NCBI RefSeq assembly: GCF_018336915.1
Contig: NZ_CP064924.1
Coordinates: 240,001-272,000, forward strand
Origin: Acaryochloris marina S15
GTDB lineage: Bacteria > Cyanobacteriota > Cyanobacteriia > Thermosynechococcales > Thermosynechococcaceae
Reading direction: 5' to 3'
Length of the DNA: 32,000 bases
Part shown: positions 1 through 7,978 of the stretch, piece by piece
How positions within the stretch are numbered: position 1 is the first letter of the stretch
How the letters are laid out: each line of letters begins with the position of its first letter
Made by a program: the position numbers and the translations under genes
Notes under the pieces: model-generated
Database searches by the model: none
Seen by the model: the letters and a program-made list of their open reading frames with translations, nothing else
What the model was told of the DNA's origin: nothing

Positions 1-833
1 TGGGCACCAATGCTGGAGCTAAAGGCTTGCTGGAGAGAGAGGCGTTTCAAAATGCTTTGGGAGCTTTTATCTCCTTGGGCTTCGGCACCGAGCACTTGGA
101 TTTCTTCAGCAGCGGAGACATTGGCACTCGCTTGTTCTTCACTCACCCCCACGATTTCCGTGATGCTATCTTGAGCGGCAATGGCCTCTTCTTGGGCGAG
201 GGCAGCGGTGGCTTCCTCTGCTTGAATCAGTTCTTGGCCCTCGTCACTGAGGACTATCTGGGTCAGCTTCTCATGGAACTCTTCACCGATGGCCCGGACA
301 TTACGGGCGATGGCATAGACTTCACGAGGGCTATTCGGCTCGATGTCCAACCGAGACGGATTATCTTCATAGGATGGCCCTTTATAGATGGGGCGTCCAT
401 CCGTGGAGCTGCCCCCTTGAGCCGTGGTTTGGGGGGGATCGATGATGCCATATAGCACCAAGATATCGGTGACGCCTTTGAGGGCGGGCTGAAGTCGTTT
501 ACCCGTGACGGCCCGGTAGACATTGCGGCCAATCTTGGCGGCTTTGAGGGCTTTAGACCCATGCTCAATCACTTTGAACAGGGATTTTTGGGCTTTCTTG
601 CTCAAGATTCGGTCGAGCAGTCCTTTCGGTTGACCGTTGCCCTTATCCGAGCTGGAATAGATATCCCCGACGTTGTAAGGACTGTCACCGGGTTGACTCG
701 CGGTGTTGCTAATCACACTGCTGTAGTCATAATCTGGCTGGGTAAAGCTCTGGGCATGAATCGGGGGGTTAACGGATACCCACAGAATCACGATCAGCAG
801 GGGCTTCTTCAGACGCTGGGGGAAGGGGTACAT
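1..833 (-). CDS. hypothetical exported protein, truncated by the left window edge (absent from the supplied ORF track)
   Basis: Own reverse-strand translation. The ATG at 833-831 has GAGGA 5 nt upstream, and the frame stays open to position 1 (about 277 codons). The N-terminus MYPFPQRLKKPLLIVILWVSVNPPIHA/QSF looks like a Sec signal peptide. It overlaps the 3' end of the upstream ATPase ORF by 65 nt. Track ORFs 27..455(+), 263..568(-) and 561..848(+) are shadow frames of it. Confidence 0.6.
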   Translation of the reverse strand, partial: MYPFPQRLKKPLLIVILWVSVNPPIHAQSFTQPDYDYSSVISNTASQPGDSPYNVGDIYSSSDKGNGQPKGLLDRILSKKAQKSLFKVIEHGSKALKAAKIGRNVYRAVTGKRLQPALKGVTDILVLYGIIDPPQTTAQGGSSTDGRPIYKGPSYEDNPSRLDIEPNSPREVYAIARNVRAIGEEFHEKLTQIVLSDEGQELIQAEEATAALAQEEAIAAQDSITEIVGVSEEQASANVSAAEEIQVLGAEAQGDKSSQSILKRLSLQQAFSSSIGA

Positions 834-2319
834 ACTGTTCCTCTGTGATGGTGGATGGGCAGAGGCCCGCTCGGTGGGCGCGGGCGAGGAGGTCACCGTG
901 GATGCGGTAGCCTGTAATCGGGTCATGGGGATAATGCTCTAAGATGCGGTCCCTCAATTCCACTTCTTTTTTGTCCGTGGCGACGAGGCCCATCAACATG
1001 CTGGAGGGGTTAAAGCTGACCTCCACATGCTGGTTGTCTCGTTTCCAATACCAGTAGCTCTCTTGCCGGGTATGGGAAATCCCTTTACCCACATATTTCT
1101 CTAAAATCTCTCGCCTAAATCCCAAATCGTTGCACAGGCGGTTAATGGAGATATCCTGCAATCCCCCACAAAAGATGTTTTGCAGGTTGGTGAAGATTTC
1201 ATTGCCGGCGACGGACTGATAGATGGTTTCCACTTCTGTGGCGGCAACAATATAGTTGCAGGCCCACTTGCGGCCCTCAGACGGCACTCGACCGGACAGC
1301 CGCGCATAGGAGGCAAATTTATAGATGCGGGTGCCTTCGTCGGTAATCAGAGCAGACCCTAATGTACTCATGGCCTTGCGGAGCAGCAGGTTAAAGCCCA
1401 CCATTGAGTAGATCAAGGAGTCAATGGAGTCGCTGACGTTGGTCATGGCGAGAACGAGGCATTGGACGTTGCTATCAAAGCTGGAGATGCCGTTGATGGA
1501 ACGACCTAGGGCTTTGGACAGGACGCCTTTAAGCTGGGTACGAATTAGGCCAATGGTATTTTTCTCCAGGTCGGAGATGTCCTCACGCATCACTTCTTGG
1601 ATAAACCAGTTCTCAGCAAAGCCGACGAATTCTTCATAGATGGGCATCTGCTGAGATTCAGGGGTGCCAAAGGCGGCTTCACTAGCGACCTGATAGCGGT
1701 GCTGAATCTCAGGGATGTGATGAAAGGCTTCATAGCAACGGGAGAGGAAGGAGCTGACCATTAACTCTGTGGTCGGATCATCCGTCGTGCCCATGACCAG
1801 CGCTTGCAGGATGGCGAGATGGTTGTTGAAGGCCGATTCAAACAGGTCTGCCCTCGTGGCGAGGGTGGATTTATAGCCCGGTTCACCGGGTTTGGGCAAG
1901 GCATCCACCCATCGCATATCGGGCAATTCTAGGATGTTGATGACATGCTCTTTGACGTTGTGGTAGGCCGCACTCACGCCAATCCGATTAAAGGTGTTGA
2001 CTAAATCTGTATAGGTACTCTCACCGTTGGGCCTTGGGTATTCAAAGACGATGGTGACCCGGCGATTGAGGATGTAGCTGAACAAGATTCCCGACAAGAT
2101 TCCCGATTTTCCATTCCCCGTGGTGGCGAAGATGGCCGTGTGGTTGGGGACTTGTTGAGCAAATCTAGGTACAAGGGCAGGGCAGTTCCTGACCCAAAAA
2201 CATCTGCCCTTTGTCGTCCATTTTCGGCATCTGCACTTGGGGCAGCAGGGGCACGGCCTGGTAGTTGAGGTATTTGGGCCGTTGGACAAAGGGTTTAGTG
2301 AGTAGGCTGTTCCATTCAA
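769..2319 (-). CDS. VirB4/TrbE/TraC-like conjugation (type IV secretion) ATPase, C-terminal NTPase part; out of frame with the upstream ORF
   Basis: Walker A is AIFATTGNGKSG, Walker B is GSALITDEG, followed by an RKW..(n)..AATE box typical of VirB4-type ATPases. The first ~50 codons of the track ORF (RPCPCCPKCRCRKW...) look like off-frame translation of the upstream gene. No ATG/GTG/TTG lies between that stretch and Walker A. Confidence 0.6.
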   Translation of the reverse strand: MNGTAYSLNPLSNGPNTSTTRPCPCCPKCRCRKWTTKGRCFWVRNCPALVPRFAQQVPNHTAIFATTGNGKSGILSGILFSYILNRRVTIVFEYPRPNGESTYTDLVNTFNRIGVSAAYHNVKEHVINILELPDMRWVDALPKPGEPGYKSTLATRADLFESAFNNHLAILQALVMGTTDDPTTELMVSSFLSRCYEAFHHIPEIQHRYQVASEAAFGTPESQQMPIYEEFVGFAENWFIQEVMREDISDLEKNTIGLIRTQLKGVLSKALGRSINGISSFDSNVQCLVLAMTNVSDSIDSLIYSMVGFNLLLRKAMSTLGSALITDEGTRIYKFASYARLSGRVPSEGRKWACNYIVAATEVETIYQSVAGNEIFTNLQNIFCGGLQDISINRLCNDLGFRREILEKYVGKGISHTRQESYWYWKRDNQHVEVSFNPSSMLMGLVATDKKEVELRDRILEHYPHDPITGYRIHGDLLARAHRAGLCPSTITEEQYVPLPPASEEAPADRDSVGIR

Positions 2320-3943
2320 AGGGGAAGGACTGAAACCAATACTGTTCTATCTGCTCGGTGACGAGTTCGGTGGGTACGGTCTTGAGTCGGTCAATCAGCT
2401 CGTTACATGCTTCAATCACTTCCTGCTTACTATCCCGATAGACCCAGATGCCGCAGCTAGCCCAAAAGGGACGACAGCCGCTTTTTATGAACCCTTGCAG
2501 TTCCTTGGCTTCCGTCAAGCGCATCTCAGCGGTGACATCCGGGCTTTGCTCTTGCAGGCCCTTGGCAATCCGCTTCATGGAGTTCTTCATCACCAAGTCC
2601 ATGTTGTTGATCTCGATGTCGGAGGGGTCTTCCGTTAGCTCCGTAATCACTTGGCAGTCCCAGAATGGGGTGGGGGTGGTTAGCCGAGTCCACAAAAATT
2701 TCAGATAGCCCCGAGGGACGGATTGACCATCGACGGGATAGTGGCGCACTTTACCTAAACGGATAAAGGCCCAATGCTTCCCGGTACTGGGAATATAGAC
2801 CGTGGAGCGGGTGAAGTCTGGAGTGGTGGGGAGTCCTTGATAGGGTTCAAAGATGGTTCCCAAGTCATGGTCTCCGTAGTCCTGGATGATGACTTCAGGC
2901 TGCTGGGAATGGTCATCCGTGCGGATGTATTGGCCGAGGGGGGCGCTCTCTCCAGGATGTAAGGCTTGATAGGGGATATCCATGATCTCCTGAACCCCCA
3001 AGGTTTCCACGTCTAAGCCAAAGCCATCAGAGGCGGTGAGGGCAATCAAGGCCCGACGATAGCCCCGCACATAGGCTTGACGAATGGCTTTTCCCCACCC
3101 CGGTAAGGAGTCAAAGTTGTCATCTTTGAGGGTGGACAGGACGAGGGTCACTTTCTCAGCGATCGCATCCATCCAGCCTTGGTTAATCTCAAAGTCAGCC
3201 CCCAAAATCATCCGGTACTTGGCGAAGTAGATCAGGTCACTTTTGACGAGTCGCCCCTCGCTTTCCAAGCGGTCTAGGTTTTCTGCTGCACTCTGGGTTA
3301 AAGCTTGGGAGAGGGGGTCATTACTGGTCTCGTACTCATCAGCCAACTGCACCATTGGCTCATCCGCACTCCGATGGATGTGCCAATAGGACTTAAAATC
3401 AATCCCTGTCGCCCCTGTGACCGCAGCAGTGCCCCCTTTGAGACCACTCCATGCCATGTCATCTGTGAGGGTTGGCTCCTGGCCTTTCTTGACTCGAAAC
3501 GCAAAGATGAACATCAGCTCTCGCTTCCCCCGTTGCAGCAGGTAGTAGCCAATGTCTAGACCTTCATAGGCCATCTGCCCAAAGCTCTTGAAGGATTTGT
3601 AGTTTGATTCGATAAAGTTGTAGTTGGTTTTCACAGAGGGCAGCTCCATTTTGGGCAGGCCCGCCCGGTCATACTCTAGGGTGGGATGACCGGAACGGTA
3701 TTGCTTGGGGACGGTGCGGCGTTGCAATTTCTGTGGGGGGTTATTCCCTAAAAACAGAAACATCAGCACAAACGCCAGCATGAATAGGGGGATGCCGATA
3801 AATAGGTTCTTGAAGATGATGGGGGTCATCAGAAAGAACAACATCGCTCCCGCAAGGAGAACGATGGGATGGACGCCTCCAAACAAAACGTTGGTGCCCA
3901 TGATGGTGTTGACATCTCCCTCGTTGAGCATGTCTCGATTCAT
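2165..3943 (-). CDS. VirB4/TrbE-like ATPase, N-terminal part with VirB3-like membrane segment; truncated by frameshift
   Basis: The ATG at 3943 has GGAG 7 nt upstream. Two or three N-terminal hydrophobic helices (VLLAGAMLFFLMTPIIF, IGIPLFMLAFVLMFLFL) precede a long soluble domain. The ORF ends ...QVQMPKMDDKGQMFLGQELPCPCT* just where a VirB4 Walker A is expected, and that Walker A sits in the next ORF in another frame. Confidence 0.6.
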   Translation of the reverse strand: MNRDMLNEGDVNTIMGTNVLFGGVHPIVLLAGAMLFFLMTPIIFKNLFIGIPLFMLAFVLMFLFLGNNPPQKLQRRTVPKQYRSGHPTLEYDRAGLPKMELPSVKTNYNFIESNYKSFKSFGQMAYEGLDIGYYLLQRGKRELMFIFAFRVKKGQEPTLTDDMAWSGLKGGTAAVTGATGIDFKSYWHIHRSADEPMVQLADEYETSNDPLSQALTQSAAENLDRLESEGRLVKSDLIYFAKYRMILGADFEINQGWMDAIAEKVTLVLSTLKDDNFDSLPGWGKAIRQAYVRGYRRALIALTASDGFGLDVETLGVQEIMDIPYQALHPGESAPLGQYIRTDDHSQQPEVIIQDYGDHDLGTIFEPYQGLPTTPDFTRSTVYIPSTGKHWAFIRLGKVRHYPVDGQSVPRGYLKFLWTRLTTPTPFWDCQVITELTEDPSDIEINNMDLVMKNSMKRIAKGLQEQSPDVTAEMRLTEAKELQGFIKSGCRPFWASCGIWVYRDSKQEVIEACNELIDRLKTVPTELVTEQIEQYWFQSFPFEWNSLLTKPFVQRPKYLNYQAVPLLPQVQMPKMDDKGQMFLGQELPCPCT

Positions 3944-4048
3944 CAGATTTCTCCGTGAAACCCTGCGCCTTCAGGCCAGGGAGGGATAGGAGCGCGACTG
4001 CAAGGAGCAATAATGCAGCCTTACATTATTTGCACTAAAATGTGAGAT

Positions 4049-5161
4049 ATGCAGAAGGCTTTTAAATACAGGTTTTACCCCACCCCAGAGCAAGCGCAGC
4101 TGTTGCGTCAAACTCTGGGGTGCGTTCGTTTGGTGTACAACAAAATGCTGCACCATCGAACAGAAGCCTTCTACGAAAGACAAGAGAAAATCAGCTATAA
4201 GCAGTCTTCTGCCATCCTGACGGAGTGGAAGAAAGACGATAGCTTGCATTTTCTCAACAATGTAAGTTGTGTACCTTTGCAGCAGTGCCTTAGGCATCTG
4301 CAGGGGGCGTACAAAAACTTTTGGAATGGGATTGCAAAATATCCCACCTTCAAAAAGAAACGGAACGGTGGGAGTGCAGAGTTTACCAAGTCGGCATTTA
4401 AGTATGTCGAAGGTGCACTCTATATTGCCAAGAGCAAAGAACCCCTGCCGATCCGATGGAGTCGCCAGATCCCGAAGCATTGTGAGCCATCCACTGTGAC
4501 GATTCAATTGGATGCTGCAGGGCGATGGTTCGTCTCCTTGCTGGTTGATGACCCTGAGATTCAACCCCTGAAGCCCTGCAATAGCAAGGTGGGGATTGAC
4601 TTGGGGATTTCCAGCATGGCGACGCTCTCTACTGGAGAGAAGATAGCGAACCCTAGACACTTCAATCGACTGTACAAGCGACTTAGGAAAGCTCAAAAGG
4701 CTTTGGCTCGGAAGCAGAAAAGGTCGAACAACCGATATAAAGCACGGTTGAGAGTGGCTAGGATTCAGGCTCGAATTAAGGATTCGAGACAAGACTTTTT
4801 GCATAAACTGACCACTCAACTGGTACGCGAAAATCAAGTGATCGCGGTTGAGAGTCTGCATGTAAAAGGCATGGTCCGCAATCACACGTTGGCTAGAGCG
4901 ATTAGTGATTGTGCTTGGGGTGAGCTGGTCAGACAGCTTGAGTACAAGGCCGCGTGGTACGGACGCAAGCTGGTCAAGATTGACCAGTGGTTCCCCAGCT
5001 CCAAGCGATGCTCTAATTGCGGCCACACAGTAAGCAAGCTGCCCCTGTCGATGCGTGAATGGGATTGTCCTGAATGTGGCACCCATCACGACAGGGATAT
5101 CAACGCAGCACATAACATTCTTGCCCAAGGACTTGGGTTGATGTCTGTGGAGCGAGTGTAA
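4049..5161 (+). CDS. tnpB: TnpB (IS605 OrfB) RNA-guided endonuclease
   Basis: The N-terminus is the classic MQKAFKYRFYPTPEQAQLL...VRLVYN. RuvC residues are in VGIDLGIS (D), VIAVESL (E) and HHDRDINAAHNI (D). The zinc finger is CSNCGH...CPECG. Confidence 0.9.
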   Translation: MQKAFKYRFYPTPEQAQLLRQTLGCVRLVYNKMLHHRTEAFYERQEKISYKQSSAILTEWKKDDSLHFLNNVSCVPLQQCLRHLQGAYKNFWNGIAKYPTFKKKRNGGSAEFTKSAFKYVEGALYIAKSKEPLPIRWSRQIPKHCEPSTVTIQLDAAGRWFVSLLVDDPEIQPLKPCNSKVGIDLGISSMATLSTGEKIANPRHFNRLYKRLRKAQKALARKQKRSNNRYKARLRVARIQARIKDSRQDFLHKLTTQLVRENQVIAVESLHVKGMVRNHTLARAISDCAWGELVRQLEYKAAWYGRKLVKIDQWFPSSKRCSNCGHTVSKLPLSMREWDCPECGTHHDRDINAAHNILAQGLGLMSVERV

Positions 5162-5268
5162 GACCGGATGGAACATATGAGTCTTGATGGCAACTGCTAT
5201 GAAACAGAAAACTTTCTGGGTGACCGGGGAATCCCCTTCCTTTAGGTGGGGGAGTAGTCAAAACTCTC
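5040..5268 (+). ncRNA. predicted omega-RNA (reRNA) of TnpB; extent guessed
   Basis: Established knowledge: TnpB guide RNAs are transcribed from the 3' end of tnpB through the right IS end. Seen in sequence: stable hairpins at 5226-5252 just inside the inferred right end. No covariance model could be run. Confidence 0.3.
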
Positions 5269-5272
5269 TCTC

Positions 5273-5824
5273 CTATACGCCAAAGAACATGAATGCTGCC
5301 ATCGTTAGAAAGGCGGCAAAGATCAAGATGGCGATCCAAGGCCGCAGCATCTCGTGATACCCCGTGCCGTTATGGTTATGCTGGAAAATAGCGTTGCCTC
5401 CATAGGCCACGGCAGTCACGAATACAAAGGCAACGATGGCCCCGATGATCACACAGGTCATCCCCGCGAAGTTGATGGACCCGACGGTGACTTGTCCCAG
5501 TAATTGTTTGATGGTGGAGGCTGCACCTTTAATGGGGCCAATCTCGACACAGGCCGCTTCGGTGATGGTGATGTTCTGGGCAAAGGCAGAGTTATGGATG
5601 AGGATGCTGAGAATAAAGGCCCAGGCACCTAGCAGATAATGCACTGGGGGTGACCCCGCTAATCGCTTCCACAGCAGTCCCGATAGCAGCATCAAAAACT
5701 GAATAATGCCTGCCCAAACAATGCCAGGTAAGCCCACCCCCATCCCGATGCTGACGAGGAAGAGTTGGCTTGACCACCAAGGAAAGCGATCAAGGCGGTG
5801 ATAACAGGTTCTAAGGAGTCTCAT
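5273..5824 (-). CDS. polytopic small membrane protein, possible TrbC/VirB2-like pilin precursor
   Basis: The ATG at 5824 has GAGG 8 nt upstream. A long hydrophobic leader ends ...IHNSAFA/QN. The ~100-aa remainder has two hydrophobic helices (MTCVIIGAIVAFVFVTAVAY and WIAILIFAAFLTMAAFMFF), which is the layout of T4SS pilins. The function call is inference only. Confidence 0.6.
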   Translation of the reverse strand: MRLLRTCYHRLDRFPWWSSQLFLVSIGMGVGLPGIVWAGIIQFLMLLSGLLWKRLAGSPPVHYLLGAWAFILSILIHNSAFAQNITITEAACVEIGPIKGAASTIKQLLGQVTVGSINFAGMTCVIIGAIVAFVFVTAVAYGGNAIFQHNHNGTGYHEMLRPWIAILIFAAFLTMAAFMFFGV

Positions 5825-5859
5825 GGCAATTGCCTCTGATGGGTCATTGGGAAAAGGTG

Positions 5860-7935
5860 TTATTGCTGGGCGTAATCAATCAAGGTCTGGAGCTGGTCAG
5901 GGGATACATTGGCTAGCTTTGCTGCGTCTTCAGAAGACTTCCCCCAACGCATCTGACGGATCATGCCGTTGACGCGCCAGTGCATTTCTGAGCGATAGCG
6001 ATATGTCTTGTTGCCTGACGCTCTAGCGACGTTTAGCCCCTTCAAAAGAGTCTGTGGAGTGATGCTACTATCGGACACGTTTCGTTTAGCCACGGGGACG
6101 GGCTTTGCCTTCGGTGTGAGACGAATGCGCCGCACAGGGGGACGTTTAACGGTCTTCGGCTTAGGAAGTGTCTTGACCTGGGGCTTCAAGGTCAAAGGTT
6201 GGCCTGATGCCACGGTTTGAGGGAAGCGAGTTCTCACAGGGGGCTGACCCTGGCGACCTGTGAGAACTCGCGATTGCTCAGGGGGTTGAGCAATGGGGGT
6301 GGGCGCTCCAATCCGAGTGATGGCAGTACTGGGGGCACTGTCAGACCGATTGATGGTTAACTCCATTGAGGAGCGGTTGCAGCCCACTAAATCTAGAATC
6401 AAGTTGGTCGATTTCACCTGGGCATTCGGCTTCCAGGTCAGGTAAATCTTTTGGGTCTGGGGTTGGGGCAGATCCAAGCTCAGGTCAAAGATGCCCCTAG
6501 TGCCCATATAGGCTTTAGAGACTCGGCACCCGCTGGAGCTGAGGTCAATCAGGTGACCGTGACCGGGAGCAATCTTAATCGTTTCTGCTGTAGCTGGGGA
6601 GATAAGCAGCCCCAACCAGGCCGCAATAATGGCGGCAATCGTCTTGTACATCGTGTTTGTCCTTGGCAAGTTTGTCTGCTGGGGAGGAGGGTTGCTATCA
6701 AAGACAGCCCCTCGTTGTGGTTGTTGGCTGGAGTCAGGACCAGCCCGTGATGGAAATCCTCGAATGCTTTGAGATATCGCAGCTAATGGTCTTTGGATAA
6801 ACTCGGTTACTGTTTGGCAGAATCCCAGATGTCTTCCCCTAGTCGCTCTAGGCTCTCCCAATCCACGGCATCGCTGATCCGCTGGGGGAGATTGATGCCC
6901 CGGTCGATCAGCAGGCCCGTCACTGCGACCCCCACAAAGAACCAAAAGAGATTTCTGAGCATGGGCAATAACTCCTTTGACGAATTCAATAGCTTTGGCA
7001 GACAGGGACTCTGGAGCGGGGGGAGTTTGGGAAAGATGTGGGGAAGATGAAAAATGCTGAATGTTGTTTTGATAAGAAATAGAAAGAGAAGCAGGCCAAG
7101 TGCTGAGATTGACTCGCTCTTGGCCTGCTTCTAGTGCTGTGGGTTGAGAGTAGTTGCTGAAACCTTGAGAAAACTGACCTTGGGCTACCTTCACGAACTG
7201 AGCCATGCCAACCCGGAACCACTGCTTGAGAAGATGGACGGGGATTTGATATTTCGGAGGTCGAGGGGCTTTAATTAGGACGAGATTGGTGTTGGTCTCG
7301 TCCTCAAGCTCATCACCAAAGTACTCATCATAATCGTCACCATCTGCATAAAATGATGCATCGTCAATCGTAAATTCATGCCATTCTGGGATTTCCTTGA
7401 ATGAACGGCCCCATCGCATCAAATCTTCGATATATTGCAGTTTCAGCTTTGCTTTTTGGGCAATCTCTTCCAAGCTGGCATCGGGAAACTCATTTTGAAG
7501 TCTGTATACCCTATCGAGATGAATCTGCTTTTTTTCAGGCAGTTTCAGTTGTCCAGGTCTGTTCTTATAGCAATATCTGCGGATGTATCCTCTAATCCAG
7601 CCTCTGGCATAGGTGGAGAACTTACACCCTTTAGTAGGATCGAATTTCCGAACGGCATGACGAATCCCCAGCATTCCTTCTTGCAGTAAATCTTGGCCAT
7701 CCTCAAAGGTTTGGGCATATTGATTGGCTAGTTTGGACACCAAACGAACATGACCAATCATCAGCCATGACAAAGAGGTTTCATGGCCTCGTTTAGCGTA
7801 TTGAATCAGCTCCAATTCCTTCTCTGGACTGGGGATGGGGAAGCGATTCAAAAGCTGGACAAGATATTCGGGTAAGCGGATGCCGTCCGAATAGGGACTG
7901 GCAATAGTAGCAATCGTCATGGGTCGATCCTCCAC
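5860..7935 (-). CDS. sigma-70 family protein (N-terminal ~180 aa) in a 691-codon open frame that probably contains more than one translational unit
   Basis: Region 2-like sequence is DLLQEGMLGIRHAVRKFDPTKGCKFSTYARGWIRGYI. An HTH-like stretch is SLEEIAQKAKLKLQYIEDL. The same frame contains an in-frame ATG at 6651 with AAGGA 8 nt upstream, followed by a signal peptide or TM helix MYKTIAAIIAAWLGLLISPATA/ET (nested candidate CDS 5860..6651). Confidence 0.55.
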   Translation of the reverse strand: MEDRPMTIATIASPYSDGIRLPEYLVQLLNRFPIPSPEKELELIQYAKRGHETSLSWLMIGHVRLVSKLANQYAQTFEDGQDLLQEGMLGIRHAVRKFDPTKGCKFSTYARGWIRGYIRRYCYKNRPGQLKLPEKKQIHLDRVYRLQNEFPDASLEEIAQKAKLKLQYIEDLMRWGRSFKEIPEWHEFTIDDASFYADGDDYDEYFGDELEDETNTNLVLIKAPRPPKYQIPVHLLKQWFRVGMAQFVKVAQGQFSQGFSNYSQPTALEAGQERVNLSTWPASLSISYQNNIQHFSSSPHLSQTPPAPESLSAKAIEFVKGVIAHAQKSLLVLCGGRSDGPADRPGHQSPPADQRCRGLGEPRATRGRHLGFCQTVTEFIQRPLAAISQSIRGFPSRAGPDSSQQPQRGAVFDSNPPPQQTNLPRTNTMYKTIAAIIAAWLGLLISPATAETIKIAPGHGHLIDLSSSGCRVSKAYMGTRGIFDLSLDLPQPQTQKIYLTWKPNAQVKSTNLILDLVGCNRSSMELTINRSDSAPSTAITRIGAPTPIAQPPEQSRVLTGRQGQPPVRTRFPQTVASGQPLTLKPQVKTLPKPKTVKRPPVRRIRLTPKAKPVPVAKRNVSDSSITPQTLLKGLNVARASGNKTYRYRSEMHWRVNGMIRQMRWGKSSEDAAKLANVSPDQLQTLIDYAQQ
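6807..6962 (-). CDS. small single-pass membrane protein (51 aa), out of frame inside the 691-codon ORF
   Basis: The ATG at 6962 has a canonical AAGGAG 9 nt upstream. The product MLRNLFWFFVGVAVTGLLIDRGINLPQRISDAVDWESLERLGEDIWDSAKQ has one TM helix plus an acidic tail. The long frame here reads as R/G/P-rich junk-like sequence (GGRSDGPADRPGHQSPPADQRCRGLGEPRATRGR). Confidence 0.45.
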   Translation of the reverse strand: MLRNLFWFFVGVAVTGLLIDRGINLPQRISDAVDWESLERLGEDIWDSAKQ

Positions 7936-7978
7936 AGGAGGGTGACTGGAATGAGTGAGATGAGTTGAGGTCTGATTC

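Larger units (their letters stand above)
3962..5270 (+). mobile_element. IS200/IS605-family element carrying tnpB only (no tnpA); boundaries approximate
   Basis: A complete tnpB sits between two minus-strand operon genes (start of the ATPase at 3943, stop of the upstream gene at 5273). A small hairpin lies at 3962-3978 on the left. GGGGAATCCCC and CCCCTTCC-TTTA-GGTGGGGG hairpins lie at 5226-5252 on the right, as expected for subterminal IS605 ends. No Y1 transposase ORF is present. Confidence 0.55.

Noticed and set aside
27-848. Track ORFs 27..455(+), 263..568(-) and 561..848(+)
   Set aside because: All overlap the longer SD-led, signal-peptide-bearing minus-strand frame 833..1. Their products (for example GGIDDAI and SRVNDFSPPSKASP) look like off-frame translations.
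2170-2319. ATG at 2319 as the genuine start of an independent ATPase gene
   Set aside because: The first ~50 residues (NGPNTSTTRPCPCCPKCRCRKWTTKGRCFWVRNCP) are Cys/Pro/Arg-rich and overlap the clearly coding end of the upstream ORF. This fits a frameshift better than a 155-nt gene overlap.
3971-5176. 401-aa minus-strand ORF, the longest ORF in this interval
   Set aside because: It lies exactly antisense to the well-supported tnpB CDS. Its product is low-complexity, S/L/R/Q-rich and has no motifs, so it is a shadow ORF.
6986-7222. 78-aa minus-strand ORF in the third frame inside the sigma-like gene
   Set aside because: Its product is S/R/P-rich and low-complexity and it has no SD. It overlaps the part of the long frame that still looks coding.
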